Shown piece by piece: positions 23,133 through 33,650 of a stretch of 48,060 bases of DNA. The stretch's first letter is position 1. Every line of letters starts with the position of its first letter. The notes beneath the pieces are model-generated. The model saw only the letters and a list, made by a program, of their open reading frames with translations. It was not told where the DNA came from and ran no database searches. This DNA is from Veleropilina oligotropha. Its lineage: Eukaryota. The position numbers were made by a program, and so were the translations under genes. The stretch is from assembly GCA_048128005.1 (NCBI GenBank), contig JBEUKZ010000093.1, forward strand, positions 558,001 to 606,060. Reading direction: 5' to 3'.

Positions 23133-23795
23133 TCACTGATTAGACGACCTCGGTCTAACAATACATCGTTGAGCAGCTACACACTGTAAACTGCTCAACC
23201 CATCAGCACCAGTTGAATAATCCCGCAGGTAATGTTTAACAAAGACATAAGCATTCTTCCAGTAACCTGCTTGAAGCAACGCTGTGATATTTAAACTGTG
23301 TCGGAAGGCAATAGAAGCTGCAATTGCACGGACCTCGTGCGCGCGGACCGATAAAATAGTGCGGTCTACTTCTTCACAGCGAGAGTATACATCTCTCACT
23401 ACCTGTGAAATCCACCGCGAAACAGTCGTCTTCGTAATGTCGCGGGTATAAGTAGGTAAATAAGAAATGAATAAACGTAATTTTCCTTGCCGCATATCAC
23501 GGGTCCTGTCGAGGTAAAATCGAAGGGCGCGCACGGGGCAGTTTAACCGGTCTACATCGTGCCTTCCGACCAGCGTAAGCTTGGGGATAATGATATCGGG
23601 TGCGTCTTCGTTCGGCCGTTGATTCTTGGCGAGGAAACCCAAGATAGGATGCAGCATCACCGACCCATCTGACTGGAAACGAATATCTCGTAGCTCTGCG
23701 GATAAACTATGAATCTCGGAACAACGCCTGCCCGACGCTAAGGCGATCAGAAAAACCGTTTTGTGCGTTAAGTTCCTCATAGACGCCGTGGACAT
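23133..23795 (-). CDS. DIRS tyrosine recombinase catalytic domain (upstream ~310 bp deleted relative to copy 1)
   Basis: LASGRRCSEI (R), AHEVR (HxxR), AGYW, FVKHYLRD (Y), plus LNCPVRAL..YL. Confidence 0.93.
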   Translation of the reverse strand: MSTASMRNLTHKTVFLIALASGRRCSEIHSLSAELRDIRFQSDGSVMLHPILGFLAKNQRPNEDAPDIIIPKLTLVGRHDVDRLNCPVRALRFYLDRTRDMRQGKLRLFISYLPTYTRDITKTTVSRWISQVVRDVYSRCEEVDRTILSVRAHEVRAIAASIAFRHSLNITALLQAGYWKNAYVFVKHYLRDYSTGADGLSSLQCVAAQRCIVRPRSSNQ

Positions 23796-24083
23796 AGGCT
23801 CGTACGGGGTTAAGTGTACAGCGTTAAGAATGAGAACGCGCGAGAAAATCCTTTCTTAGCAAGGGATCGTTCGATAACCGCCAGGCGTGTAAACGTAAGT
23901 CGTTCGGCGATGGGTGTAATACACGGCTGCGCGCCTGCATTAACAGGTCCGGTCGCTGCGGGAGCGCTAACGGTCGATCGACGATCAGATCGAGGAGGGT
24001 CGGAAACCAAGGTTGCGTGCGATACAGGGGCGCGATTAGCGTTATCTCGCAACGTTCGTTCGATGCCTTCTGTAATACCAGTG

Positions 24084-25662
24084 CAGGGTTTTTTCCAGAG
24101 GGTAAAATGGGTAAAATTCCGTACCCTCAAATTATTTGAGGGTACGGATCCGTACCCTCAAATTATTGGGTTTTGATAATATTTTAGTAAAGACAAAATA
24201 GGTTTGTGCTGCTTTAAAATTTACTCATTTGCTTCTATGTCCATCTTTGCCATAACTTGTGACAACCCTCGTGCCCCCTCATTAAATGCCGTAACTCGGT
24301 TAAAAATAACATAAATAAATCATTTACTTTGTGGCTTTTCTTCTCATTTGTTTTCGGCGATGAATATGTTTTTTCAAAATGGAAAGTCAATTTTAATTTT
24401 TCTTAAAATCTACATCTATCATCCATCATTTTTTCAAAGTATAAACCAAATTGTTGACAGTCAGGACATTCGATTTTTTGCATAGCATTATTGACTTTAC
24501 CTAGGTATTAAACACCACTGTGACAAATTACTGTTCCCATGATATGATTTGCAGACTTTTCAGAAATTGATTTTGCATTTGAGTTTTAAATCTGACCTGG
24601 ATACCATTTCTGTTACATTCCATGATTTTTTTTTGGATTTTATTACAAGACAACAAAGTTCCGTTTGCGTTGCTATATCGTTACTACCGCTTGTAGTAAT
24701 ATACGTAGTAGGCGAATCCAAGACACACAACTCCGTTTGAGTCGATATAATATAGTTGCGGACTTCAAAGTCTCCCAAATATCGCCTTTTCCTCGAATTG
24801 GCTAATTGCAACCTTCGTAGTAGTTTGCCGTATCCATTAGGATATTTAGTACGAAATTTGGCATCCATTCTATCTCGTAAAGATTCCTATGAAACCGCCA
24901 TTTTGCACTAGTGCACATGTACCAGGAGGTCGATTATTTCCGTGTTGCATCATTCGGGAACCCCGAATTGCACTTCGGAAAACCGAGTCATAACTGGGAA
25001 TCCCGAACGATCACTCAGAAAGCCGAATGATGCAACACGGGAAATAATTACGTCACTCGACCAATCAACGATGAAATGCATACAAATGAGGGTCAATTGC
25101 GATGTCAATAGCTCCATATATAGTCATGATAGCCAAATATGGTTACTGCTATCAGAAAGAGCAGTGAATTTACTTCAAAATGGCCGCTCACTTGCAAGGA
25201 ATGCGAGGGGGAAATTTTCTCTTTGCGGATGATAAAAGCAACTATTATCGACAGATTTTTTTACTATTTCAAAGAAAATGGGATAATTGAGCAATAACTA
25301 GGTATACACATATCATCTTTATTGTCATTTTTAATACAAATTTCATGAAAACGGGTACGTACATTGCAAGTTGAGTATGTAAACAATATGACAAACACAA
25401 AACATTATTTTGGACAAAATAACGCAATTTTGCGAATTTTGACCCGGATCTCCCCTTAAGAGGATTGCCGCGCCGCTTTTTGAACGCAGAGTATATAGAC
25501 GTTTGGTCCTGTTTGTCCTCTGAGAACCCAGGAGAGGCCATATCACGGTGAGAAAATCCAATTTTTTTTCGCTGCCGGGAACTAAAGGTCCCGGCCGCGA
25601 ACCGTGGACCGCCGGTCGATAACAACTCCGTACCCTCAAAGTTATTTCTGGCGGAAACCCTG
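24084..25662. mobile_element. Non-autonomous hAT-like DNA transposon, 1579 bp, 5-bp TSD, inserted in DIRS copy 2
   Basis: TIRs CAGGGTTTTTTCCAG and CTGGCGGAAACCCTG; TSD CAGTG at 24079-24083 and 25663-25667; empty site in copies 1 and 3; subterminal CCGTACCCTCAAA repeats. Confidence 0.92.
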
Positions 25663-27322
25663 CAGTGTCAGAATGCACAACGGGGGGAAGGCATACGCGG
25701 ACAGATTCTCCCATGTCATTGACAGCGCGTCGACCGCTAGGGCGGCCGGGTCCGGGTACGGGGAGACATACAGAGGTAGTCGGTAATTGAATTCTGTTGC
25801 AAACAGATCGACTTGGGGTTGTGACCACCGGCGACAAACGTCCCGAGCTACTCGGCTGTGTAGCGTCCACTCTGTGTGTATTATCTGTGATTTCCGAGAG
25901 AGCGAGTCCGCTCTGACATTCAGCTTTCCCGGGATGTGTCGGGCTCGAATCGTCGAGTTGAGGGACATCACTAGGCGGTGTAGGTCTATTGCTCGGTCGC
26001 AAAGGGGACGCGAGCGAGTGCCGCCCTGGTGCTGGATGTAAGCGACGACAGTCGTGTTGTCCGTGGCGAGCATTATGTGCTTGTTGCGGAGATGTGATGA
26101 GAGGGACCGTACTGACAGGTAGACGGCCTCTAACTCTAGGAAGTTGATGTGTCGTCCCTGAAGGTCCGTAGGCCATAGGCCCGATGTCTCGTGGCTGTCG
26201 AGGTAACCACCCCAGCCGTCGTTCGAAGCGTCTGTGAACAGGTAAGCGTTCGGCTCTGGCGGGGATATAGGAACCGACTGGTCCGGCAAAGCAGGGTTCA
26301 ACCACACTGCTGTCGTGTTGGTAAACCAATGCCGAAGATCGATGCGATCCGTCCACTGCCCCGTCCGTTGTATCCAGCGATCCCTGAACGCCTGTTGTAA
26401 CGGTCGTTTGTCCATTCGACCCGTCGGTAGCAGGGTCGCTACCGACTCGATGTGCCCTAGGACAGTGGCCAGTTGTCGCGCCGTAGTTATCTCCGATGAC
26501 AAGGTGTCCTGAATAACCGCGCGTAGGTTCCGCATGCGTTTCTGGGTCGGTTTCGCGGTGTACCGGACCGTATCGAAGTCGACTCCGAGGAACGTAAACG
26601 TCGTCGAGGGTACGAAGCAGGATTTTGTCTCGTTGATCTGAAATCACAGGCGCTTCGTCGATGACAGGGTAAAGCTCGTAGACCGGAGGCACAGATCTCG
26701 GGACGCCCCGATGATCAGCCAGTCGTCGAGGTACATATGTACCCTGTGCCCTAGAGAGTGTAGGAAGGCACCGAGGGCCTGTACTGTTCTCGTGAAGACG
26801 TACGGGGCTGACGATAGACCGAACGGTAGGCACCTGAATTGGTAGATCGTCTCCCCGTGTATAAACCGAAGGTACTGATGAGCCGTGATATGCATCGGGA
26901 CATGCAGATACGCGTCGGTCAGATCGATAGACGCTGCCCAGTCGCCCGGACGGATGGCCGCTCGTATCTTCGAGAGGGTTTCTTGCTGGAATTTCTCGGT
27001 ACGAAGATATCGGTTGAGATACGAGAGATAGAGGATCGGTCGCCAGCGGCCATCGGGTTTCGGGACCAGGAAGAAATGGCTGTAAAATCCTGGTGTGCTG
27101 GGCGGCGCGGGATATATCGCTCCTTTGAGGAGCAAATCCCGCACTGCCTGGTCTAAGACCGCTTGCTTCTCTCCGTTTAGGAGGCGAGTGTGTCTTGGTG
27201 GTGGTGCCTCGGTTAGGGTCGGATGCCGGTTGAATGCCAACTTGTATCCGGCACTCACGACTGAGTGGACCCAGCTGCTGTCCGTTAGTTCTAGCCACGA
27301 CTGGCTGTACGCTAACAGACAC
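25663..27322 (-). CDS. Long N-terminal part of DIRS ORF3 overprinted on pol in another frame
   Basis: Stop-free for more than 550 codons; after removing the insertion it continues as VVHSDT-GITEG...AKKGFSRA toward the YR. Confidence 0.6.
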
Positions 27323-27585
27323 GCTCCCACCGGCGGAAGCGGGCAGCTGGGACCGTCGCGAATGCCGGCAGCCCTAGGGCCGAGGCTTCCCTCTCCCGCT
27401 CTGCTGACGGGGTTTCGCTGGAGGTGCTCGCCTCCTCTGAGTGGGTTTACTGGCCGGAGGCCTACCATCAGAAGAGGGCTTCGCACGCTTGGAAGGCTTT
27501 GGGGTCCGGGTGGGCCCTGAACGCTTCCTCGAGTCGGCGGGTGGACCCCGGGGGGGGGGGTGCAGCACCGCCTTCTCGATGGCAC
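25668..27585 (-). pseudogene. pol: DIRS pol (RT-RNaseH-MT); one in-frame stop at 26644 and C-terminus displaced by the insertion
   Basis: ORFs 26644-27585 and 25642-26535 are in the same frame; YLDD, FTDAS, NFLELEAV, DLFA, YAFPP motifs. Confidence 0.95.
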
Positions 27586-29609
27586 GGTCCTTCAGGTCCG
27601 CCGCTCTCTTGTCGACGAATTCCGTAAAATTGTCGCCAAAAAGAGTGGTGGCCGAGCAAGGCACGCATCGCAATGAGCGCCGGGTGGCCTCGTCTAGCGA
27701 GGTGCCTTCCAGGCAAGCATCCCTACGAAGTAGGAGTGCATTGCCCAGGACACGTCCCGTCTCCAACGCGCTGGTCTCCATTACGGCAGCAACCTCCTGG
27801 AGGAAGGACAGGGCAGCCTCACAGGCGCCGGGTCCTTCCTCCTGTAGTACGGCTATCGCCCTGTCCAGGAAAAAATCCTGAACGGACGACAGCCGCAGAG
27901 CCCGTCGGGCGGCGCTCTCGAAAGACTTCAAGGCGGACCAAGGAACTTTCGCCACGGAGGGAGTGTGACTGGCGGTCAGTCGACGCAACGCTGCGTCTAC
28001 ATGAGCCGGCTCAGTCGCCAGGCACGGACCAGTACAAGCGAACGGGATCGCTCGCGCACTGGCCCGGAGGTACCTCCCACTACGGAACCCCGAAGGGAAC
28101 TCGGTCAGCGGGGAGGACTCCACCGGATTGCGCCCCTGTATGAGCTTGGTCGTCGAGTCGACCACAAGATCAACCAGCCCAGACTGAGGTAAGGAGGGAA
28201 GCACGGGGGCTTCCCTCTCAACAAACCGATGTGCTGCCGTCCTGTGCTTGGCTGAACCTACGGCCGACCGAGTCGGTTCCGGCAAGCCAAGCACCCCGCG
28301 AAGTGACGCAACGGCGTCTAACCTTCGGCGGGTGGTGGAGGTCGGCTCCTGCGTGCCTGAAAGACTAACGTCTTCGGGCCCGACCGATTCAGGGAGGTCG
28401 GAGTGAATAGAGTCGAGGTCCTCGTCGGAACGAGGGTCGATCTCCATCACGGAGGCAGGAGCCGTGCTCTGCGCCACGGGCAGAGGTGTAGGGAACTGGA
28501 GCGGCTGGGTAGCCGGTTGCCAGGCCTTACACCGGGCCTCGACTTCCGCCGCGATCAATGCCTGGACGTTCTCGTAGGAGAAACCTGGAGGCATGACGGG
28601 CGACGAACTAACAGCCGGTAGTTCTGTCGAGGATACCGTGGCACTAGGTAGACGGGCTGCACGGACAGGTGGGACCGAGAACCAGGGTCTCGGGCCACCT
28701 GTCGAGCGGTCGTACCCAAAAGACTGGCCCGAAGGCGCAATCGGTGGGCCGTGCGACCTGTAGGACTGCGGCGACAGTCCGTACTGGTCTACCGCTCTGT
28801 TCGAGAGAGGCACGGTCGGATCACCGTAAAACCTCGTCCCGAACGCAGCCGGTCTGTCCACGTTCTCTAGCGTGACCACGGGGGGTGCACGGGAGAGAGC
28901 GGGCCCTCTGAAAACATCGTGAGCATCGAGGTTGAGCGGAAAAACCCATTGGTTAGTCGCGTCGGTCTCCAACGAAGTTTCAGGTGTCGCCAATTGTCCG
29001 GATCTTAGACCATCGTAATGGTGTCCGGCCTCTATATTGGCTTTCTCATTGGGTTGCACTCCGTCGTTAAACGGAGAGTTTCCCGCAGAAGGACTAACGT
29101 ATCCCGTGTTCTTCGAGGCCGAAGAACAGGAGGGGGATCGTCTGCCCTGCTCAGCTGTTCGCTGCGCTGCCAGATATACCTTGCTAGCCGGCAAGGTATG
29201 GTTGGCTGCAGCTACTAGGCCCATTTGAGGAGGATCGGACAGCGCTCGGGCTCCTACCTGAATCTGGGTTTCCGGCAAGGTTTCGGCGACTCCCCCATGA
29301 GTCGCGGAGGTTTCGCCGGTAGATCCGGCGACAGACGGTACCTTACAACGTCCCTGAAGCAGACAAAGAAGAAACGTTAGCCCTAAACTTACCAGTCTCT
29401 TCCTGCCCCTTCTCCGGGGGAGGACCCACCGTGGCAGCCGCCCTGGTCGGCTTCACCGGTGCGAAAATAATCGCCCACTGCCTCTCTGTCAAAACTAGGC
29501 ACAGTTCACATTGGTATTTCTTACTACAACTACGGTGAACAGGGCATTCAGTGTGCCTATCAAAACCGTGAATCTTCCGGCTACACCCGGAGTCGCTGCA
29601 CCGGACCAT
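27374..29609 (-). CDS. gag: DIRS gag-like ORF1 (634-aa ORF plus upstream Cys/His finger segment separated by a small deletion)
   Basis: MVRCSDSGC...DRHTECPVHRSC...CELC finger; helical C-terminal region ..LLRRDACL..; position upstream of and overlapping pol. Confidence 0.8.
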
Positions 29610-30567
29610 AGCTGAATACACGGGAGGGTGGTAGTGGGTGGTCGGGGTAGATAAATAAGTATATGTTTGGTAGTTGTGACTTTTACTACTCCAACTCTTT
29701 AAATTGCCCTGATCTGAAGATCAAAGATCAGGCGATATACCGCAAAATAACCCCGAACTGGGGACACCGAGGCCGGTTAATAAACCCGGCTAATTGACTA
29801 AACAAACGGGGGTTCTTTCTTAGAAAAAACCGCCCAGGAAAACACCTGAAAACCTCGTGGATGTTTTTAAGTTAGTACAATGGCGTATTATCCCAGAAAC
29901 GGCAGGATATCAGAATAACTAAAAGTGATATCTAAACAATCCTGCCTATTAACGACGCTAGAAGTTTTATACAATAATTACCAGCAAAAAGCGTCGTTAA
30001 GGAATTATCCAATATAATGAGTTACCTGTTTGCAGTCTCAAACAATATCAGATAAAAATACCGACCAGAAATTTCTTCTTAACACACGAAACTTCCCCTC
30101 TAGGCGGCCATGCTTTTCTCGGCAACGGCGGCGATGTCGGTTTCACTTGTATCACAGAACTTTTTCTTCGAAGTTTTTGATATAATCTTCACAATTCACT
30201 GATGTTAAGTATCCACAACACAGTGTATATTATTTCCACAACTTATATCAATAATATAGGTTGATAGCGTCCTTCGATTTAACGTATAAATCGCCAGACA
30301 TCGAAATCATTTGCGGAGCAACAAAACACGTTTTTCCGTCACGGCGGAAAACTTTGAATTGAGGTCTTGTGACTTTGATAGCTCGGATGTCTCGCGAGAC
30401 TTGGCGAGATCTCGCTGGGGGAACTTAGGAGAGGTGGAGCAGGGGAGGTAATCGTAGTGTTTTGACTTAAAAGGAGTGCATAAATGTGACTTTATTCACT
30501 GTTTCCGGTTGGCGATAATATGACTATTATGGCAAGAGTAAGGACGTAAGTATGTTTGTAACTACAT

Positions 30568-31257
30568 ATGAATCTGCATGTGGACTACATCGCGCAAGCG
30601 CCTGCGCTTTCAAATGGCTGGGCTTCGTTCATTCTGGACAACTCGGCGGGATTTACGAGGGCCGGCGTGGAGAGGCTCAATGATTCCATCAGGACCTACG
30701 TCTGGGCGATTCTTGGAGCGCAGGCTCAAACACGTGCAAGCATTCTGGGTAGCGGTACCGCGTTTGACGCGCAGAAACAGTATCTGTCAAACGTGGAAGA
30801 CGCTATCTCGTCCCCAGTAGATCTGCCATCAGCCATCAAACGGTACCAAGAGGTGCTACAGTATGCGAGGTCCAAAGTGGACTTCGTCTTTGGCGTTGGC
30901 CTGTACATGTCGCCTAGTGACATGCTTCTACGGGTCGGGCAGGTCGTGGGGTATAACAACGAAATCGTCGTGGCCACGCAAGACCAGACACTAGGTCTTA
31001 ATACGACCATCAACGCAGCCAGTGTTCCACCCAACGCCACTGGGGAGACTGGAGAGAAAGGACTGGCCATTCCACAAGACGAGGTCGCATTCTTACGGGC
31101 AGATGCAAGCATACCGGTGGTCAGTCCGAAGCATCCAAACGCTGAGCCGGCTGTGGCCGGGACAGCTGTCCCACATGATGAGGAGAAGACCGCACTTATT
31201 GTGGGTGGCGTCGTCGTTGGCCTAGCGTTCATTTGGCTGGCTTCACCCACTGGCTAG
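30568..31257 (+). pseudogene. 3' part of the tail-anchored membrane protein begun at 21322
   Basis: In frame with 21338-21936 once DIRS is removed; GWASFIL..SAGFTRAG..RLNDSIRTYVWAILGAQ; ends HDEEKTALIVGGVVVGLAFIWLA (TM). Confidence 0.8.
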
Positions 31258-32357
31258 CGGCCATAAGAAGCAAGCACCCAACAGATATAATCACAGCCCA
31301 CAGGTTCTCAGCAAGCCACGACGCTGTCTTGCCGACCAGGTTGATGAGCCAGGAAAGTAGGCTGCCAATCATGCCGGGGAGTGCCGCTGCCACCTTTCCC
31401 GCTAGTTTACCCAGAATCCGACCCAAGTTCCGCAGGTGCTTTTTTATCCACTCCTTCATGCCTTGACCACTGGAAGGTGGTGGTGGTGGTGAGATGCTCG
31501 GCGCACCGCCTGTTAGGGCTAGTACCAGAGTCGAGATGGCCATACCAATCGCGGTCAGTATAGTCACGATCGTGACCCCCTGCTCGCGGAACAGGGTCCG
31601 GACGCGCTCGGCCAGCGTGGTGTCTGAGTGGAGAATCCGACTGATCATTTCTCGGATCCGGCTAATTTGAGAGCGAAGGGCATCCCGGCTTGACGAGGCT
31701 GCATCTGCCTGATCGAGCTTCCTCTTCTCCAGCTCTATGTGTTCATCCAGCGCCGTTAGTTTGGCCAGGTTGTTCGTGAGCTCGCCTAGAATGGTCTGCA
31801 TCGCCTTGTCCAGCCCGCGAAGCTCACGAAGATTTAATGGGGGGTCCCCCATCGTGCTCAAGATCTCATCAACCTCGGCGTCTGTGAACGTCGGCTCCAT
31901 TGTGTGGATTGCAGATGCCGCATCTGTAGCGGTCTGCCCCAAGTCCCGCAGTTCCACGTTGTCTACGTTGGCGGCCGCACCGCTCAACTCATTGTCGGCT
32001 GTCTGAAATACTGCGACGGCTTTTGAGGCCAGCTTCTTCTTCTTCCCCTCCCGATTCCAGTCTACGAAACCCAACCCATCTCTGATGGCCTTACCCCCAC
32101 CTTTCTGGCCAGCTATTGTCACCAAAGCCAGGGGTTTACCGGTGATAGAATGTATGAGATTGATGTCTGGATAGGCCGTCAGCCGCAATCGCCCCCCTAC
32201 GTACTCGAACTGGGCATAATCATGCCCCGTGGCCGGGGTTTGCCCCTCCTCCGACAGGGCTTTGTAGTAGTCGTCCACCGCTGACTGAACGAGCTCTTGC
32301 CGCAGATCGCTGGTTCCTTCCTGTGTCGCCAGAGGCTCAATCCAGTCTGTGGATTGT
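31229..32357 (-). CDS. More than 370-aa coiled-coil protein with C-terminal hydrophobic and amphipathic helices; 5' end lost to an insertion
   Basis: LRELRGLDKAMQTILGELTNNLAKL..., LFREQGVTIVTILTAIGMAISTLVLAL, LPGMIGSLLSWLI, LWAVIISVGCLLL; overlaps the convergent gene by 29 bp. Confidence 0.8.
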
Positions 32358-33650
32358 GCCGGTGTCATATAGAATTTTGACCCCATAGAATAGTGACCCG
32401 CGGGTCACTATTCTTTAAAGAATTATGACCCGCGGGTCTTAATTCTACTGTAGAAAATTGACCCGCCCTATAGAAAAGTGACCCGGGGGTCAAAAATGTA
32501 CTTCTGTAATATTAAATGACTCACCTAAATTATTAATACATGATGAATCAAGTGAATGATGGAATATGAATGATGATGCACAAGGCTGATATTGCCTCCC
32601 TAATATATATATTTAGGTACATAGATCGATAGTGTCTATACTGCTGACTGAAACTTGTGAAAGTAAAAATTAAAAGAAAATCGAAAACCAAAGGTCAAAT
32701 TCTCTCTTGATTGCAGTCAAACGTGTGATATAAGTGATCAGTAGGACATTATAAGTGAGCAAGACTGGTATAAATTTAGAGGGGTAGGAGCAAAAGGGGG
32801 GGGGGGGGGAGTCATTATGTTTATCCATACCTTAGTTAGTTTCAAACTTGTGTTCCACTATATGAATATGTGCATTTTAGAAATTCTGTTTTCGGTTTCG
32901 GAAGATATAATTTGTTATCTGTAATGGACATGAACATCTTTTAGAGTGCTCTTCTACTAAATGAAATTTATCTGCGATGTATGTTGATGTTATGTTATTT
33001 CTTGTTTGTACATTAACAAATTGCTTTATTTAGTGTTAATCTGTGAGAGAAAGGTAACCATCCTACGGTTTGAGATAATTTCATGCTTGACACCTCATAT
33101 ATCCAACGTTCAATATTATTCTTACAGTGCGTTTCTGCAATATTTCTATTTGAGAGATACTTGTTTGCGTTTCAGCAATATTTCTATTTGAGAGATACTT
33201 GTTAAGCAAAGGTTTCCGCATACTGTACTGCAGTAGTCAATAACAGGAAGAATGCAGATTTTGTAGAATAATTATCTTAAATTCAGGGGTAGGAATGTCA
33301 TTATTCCTCTCAAGAGAGTAATTCTATATGACATCAATGCACATGTATGTATGGTCATTGTGAGATTTCTAATTAAGATTTAGGTCAATATAAATACCTA
33401 GAACGATAGAATAAGATATATGATAAATATCCGTTTTGTTGTAAATTAAAATATTATAGAGGGCACATCAGCCCTGTGTCAAAATTTTTATTCCAACATA
33501 TCTTTTGATTCATCATGTACCAACATTTAGTATGGTCATTTTACCATTATAGTAAAATTTTGGTCACCTGGCCACTTTTCAATAGGCCGGGTCATTTTTC
33601 TACAGTAGAATTGTGACCCGCGGGTCGCAATTCTTTAAAGAATATCGACC
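32358..33650. mobile_element. Unclassified non-autonomous TIR element with palindromic GACCCGCGGGTC subrepeats; right TIR truncated
   Basis: 32402-32483 is the approximate reverse complement of 33571-33650; AT-rich interior. Confidence 0.75.

Larger units (their letters stand above)
21935..30567 (-). mobile_element. DIRS1-like retrotransposon, copy 2 (best preserved)
   Basis: Near-identical ITRs 21937-22174 and 30350-30567, ICR 22235-22325, long gag, pol and YR ORFs. Confidence 0.96.
16416..32357. mobile_element. Polinton/Maverick-like endogenous DNA virus fragment interrupted by nested elements
   Basis: GC-richer, intronless, abutting ORFs including a penton-like gene; two ORFs rejoin across insertions; left edge truncates a LINE. 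Boundaries approximate. Confidence 0.65.

Noticed and set aside
24560..24868. 102-aa ORF as a transposase of the CAGGG element
   Set aside because: No BED finger, DDE or hAT dimerisation motifs; too short.
17756..32357. Bacterial or phage contamination as the source of the operon-like genes
   Set aside because: The block is interrupted by eukaryotic DIRS and TIR elements, abuts a LINE, and lacks evident Shine-Dalgarno sites.
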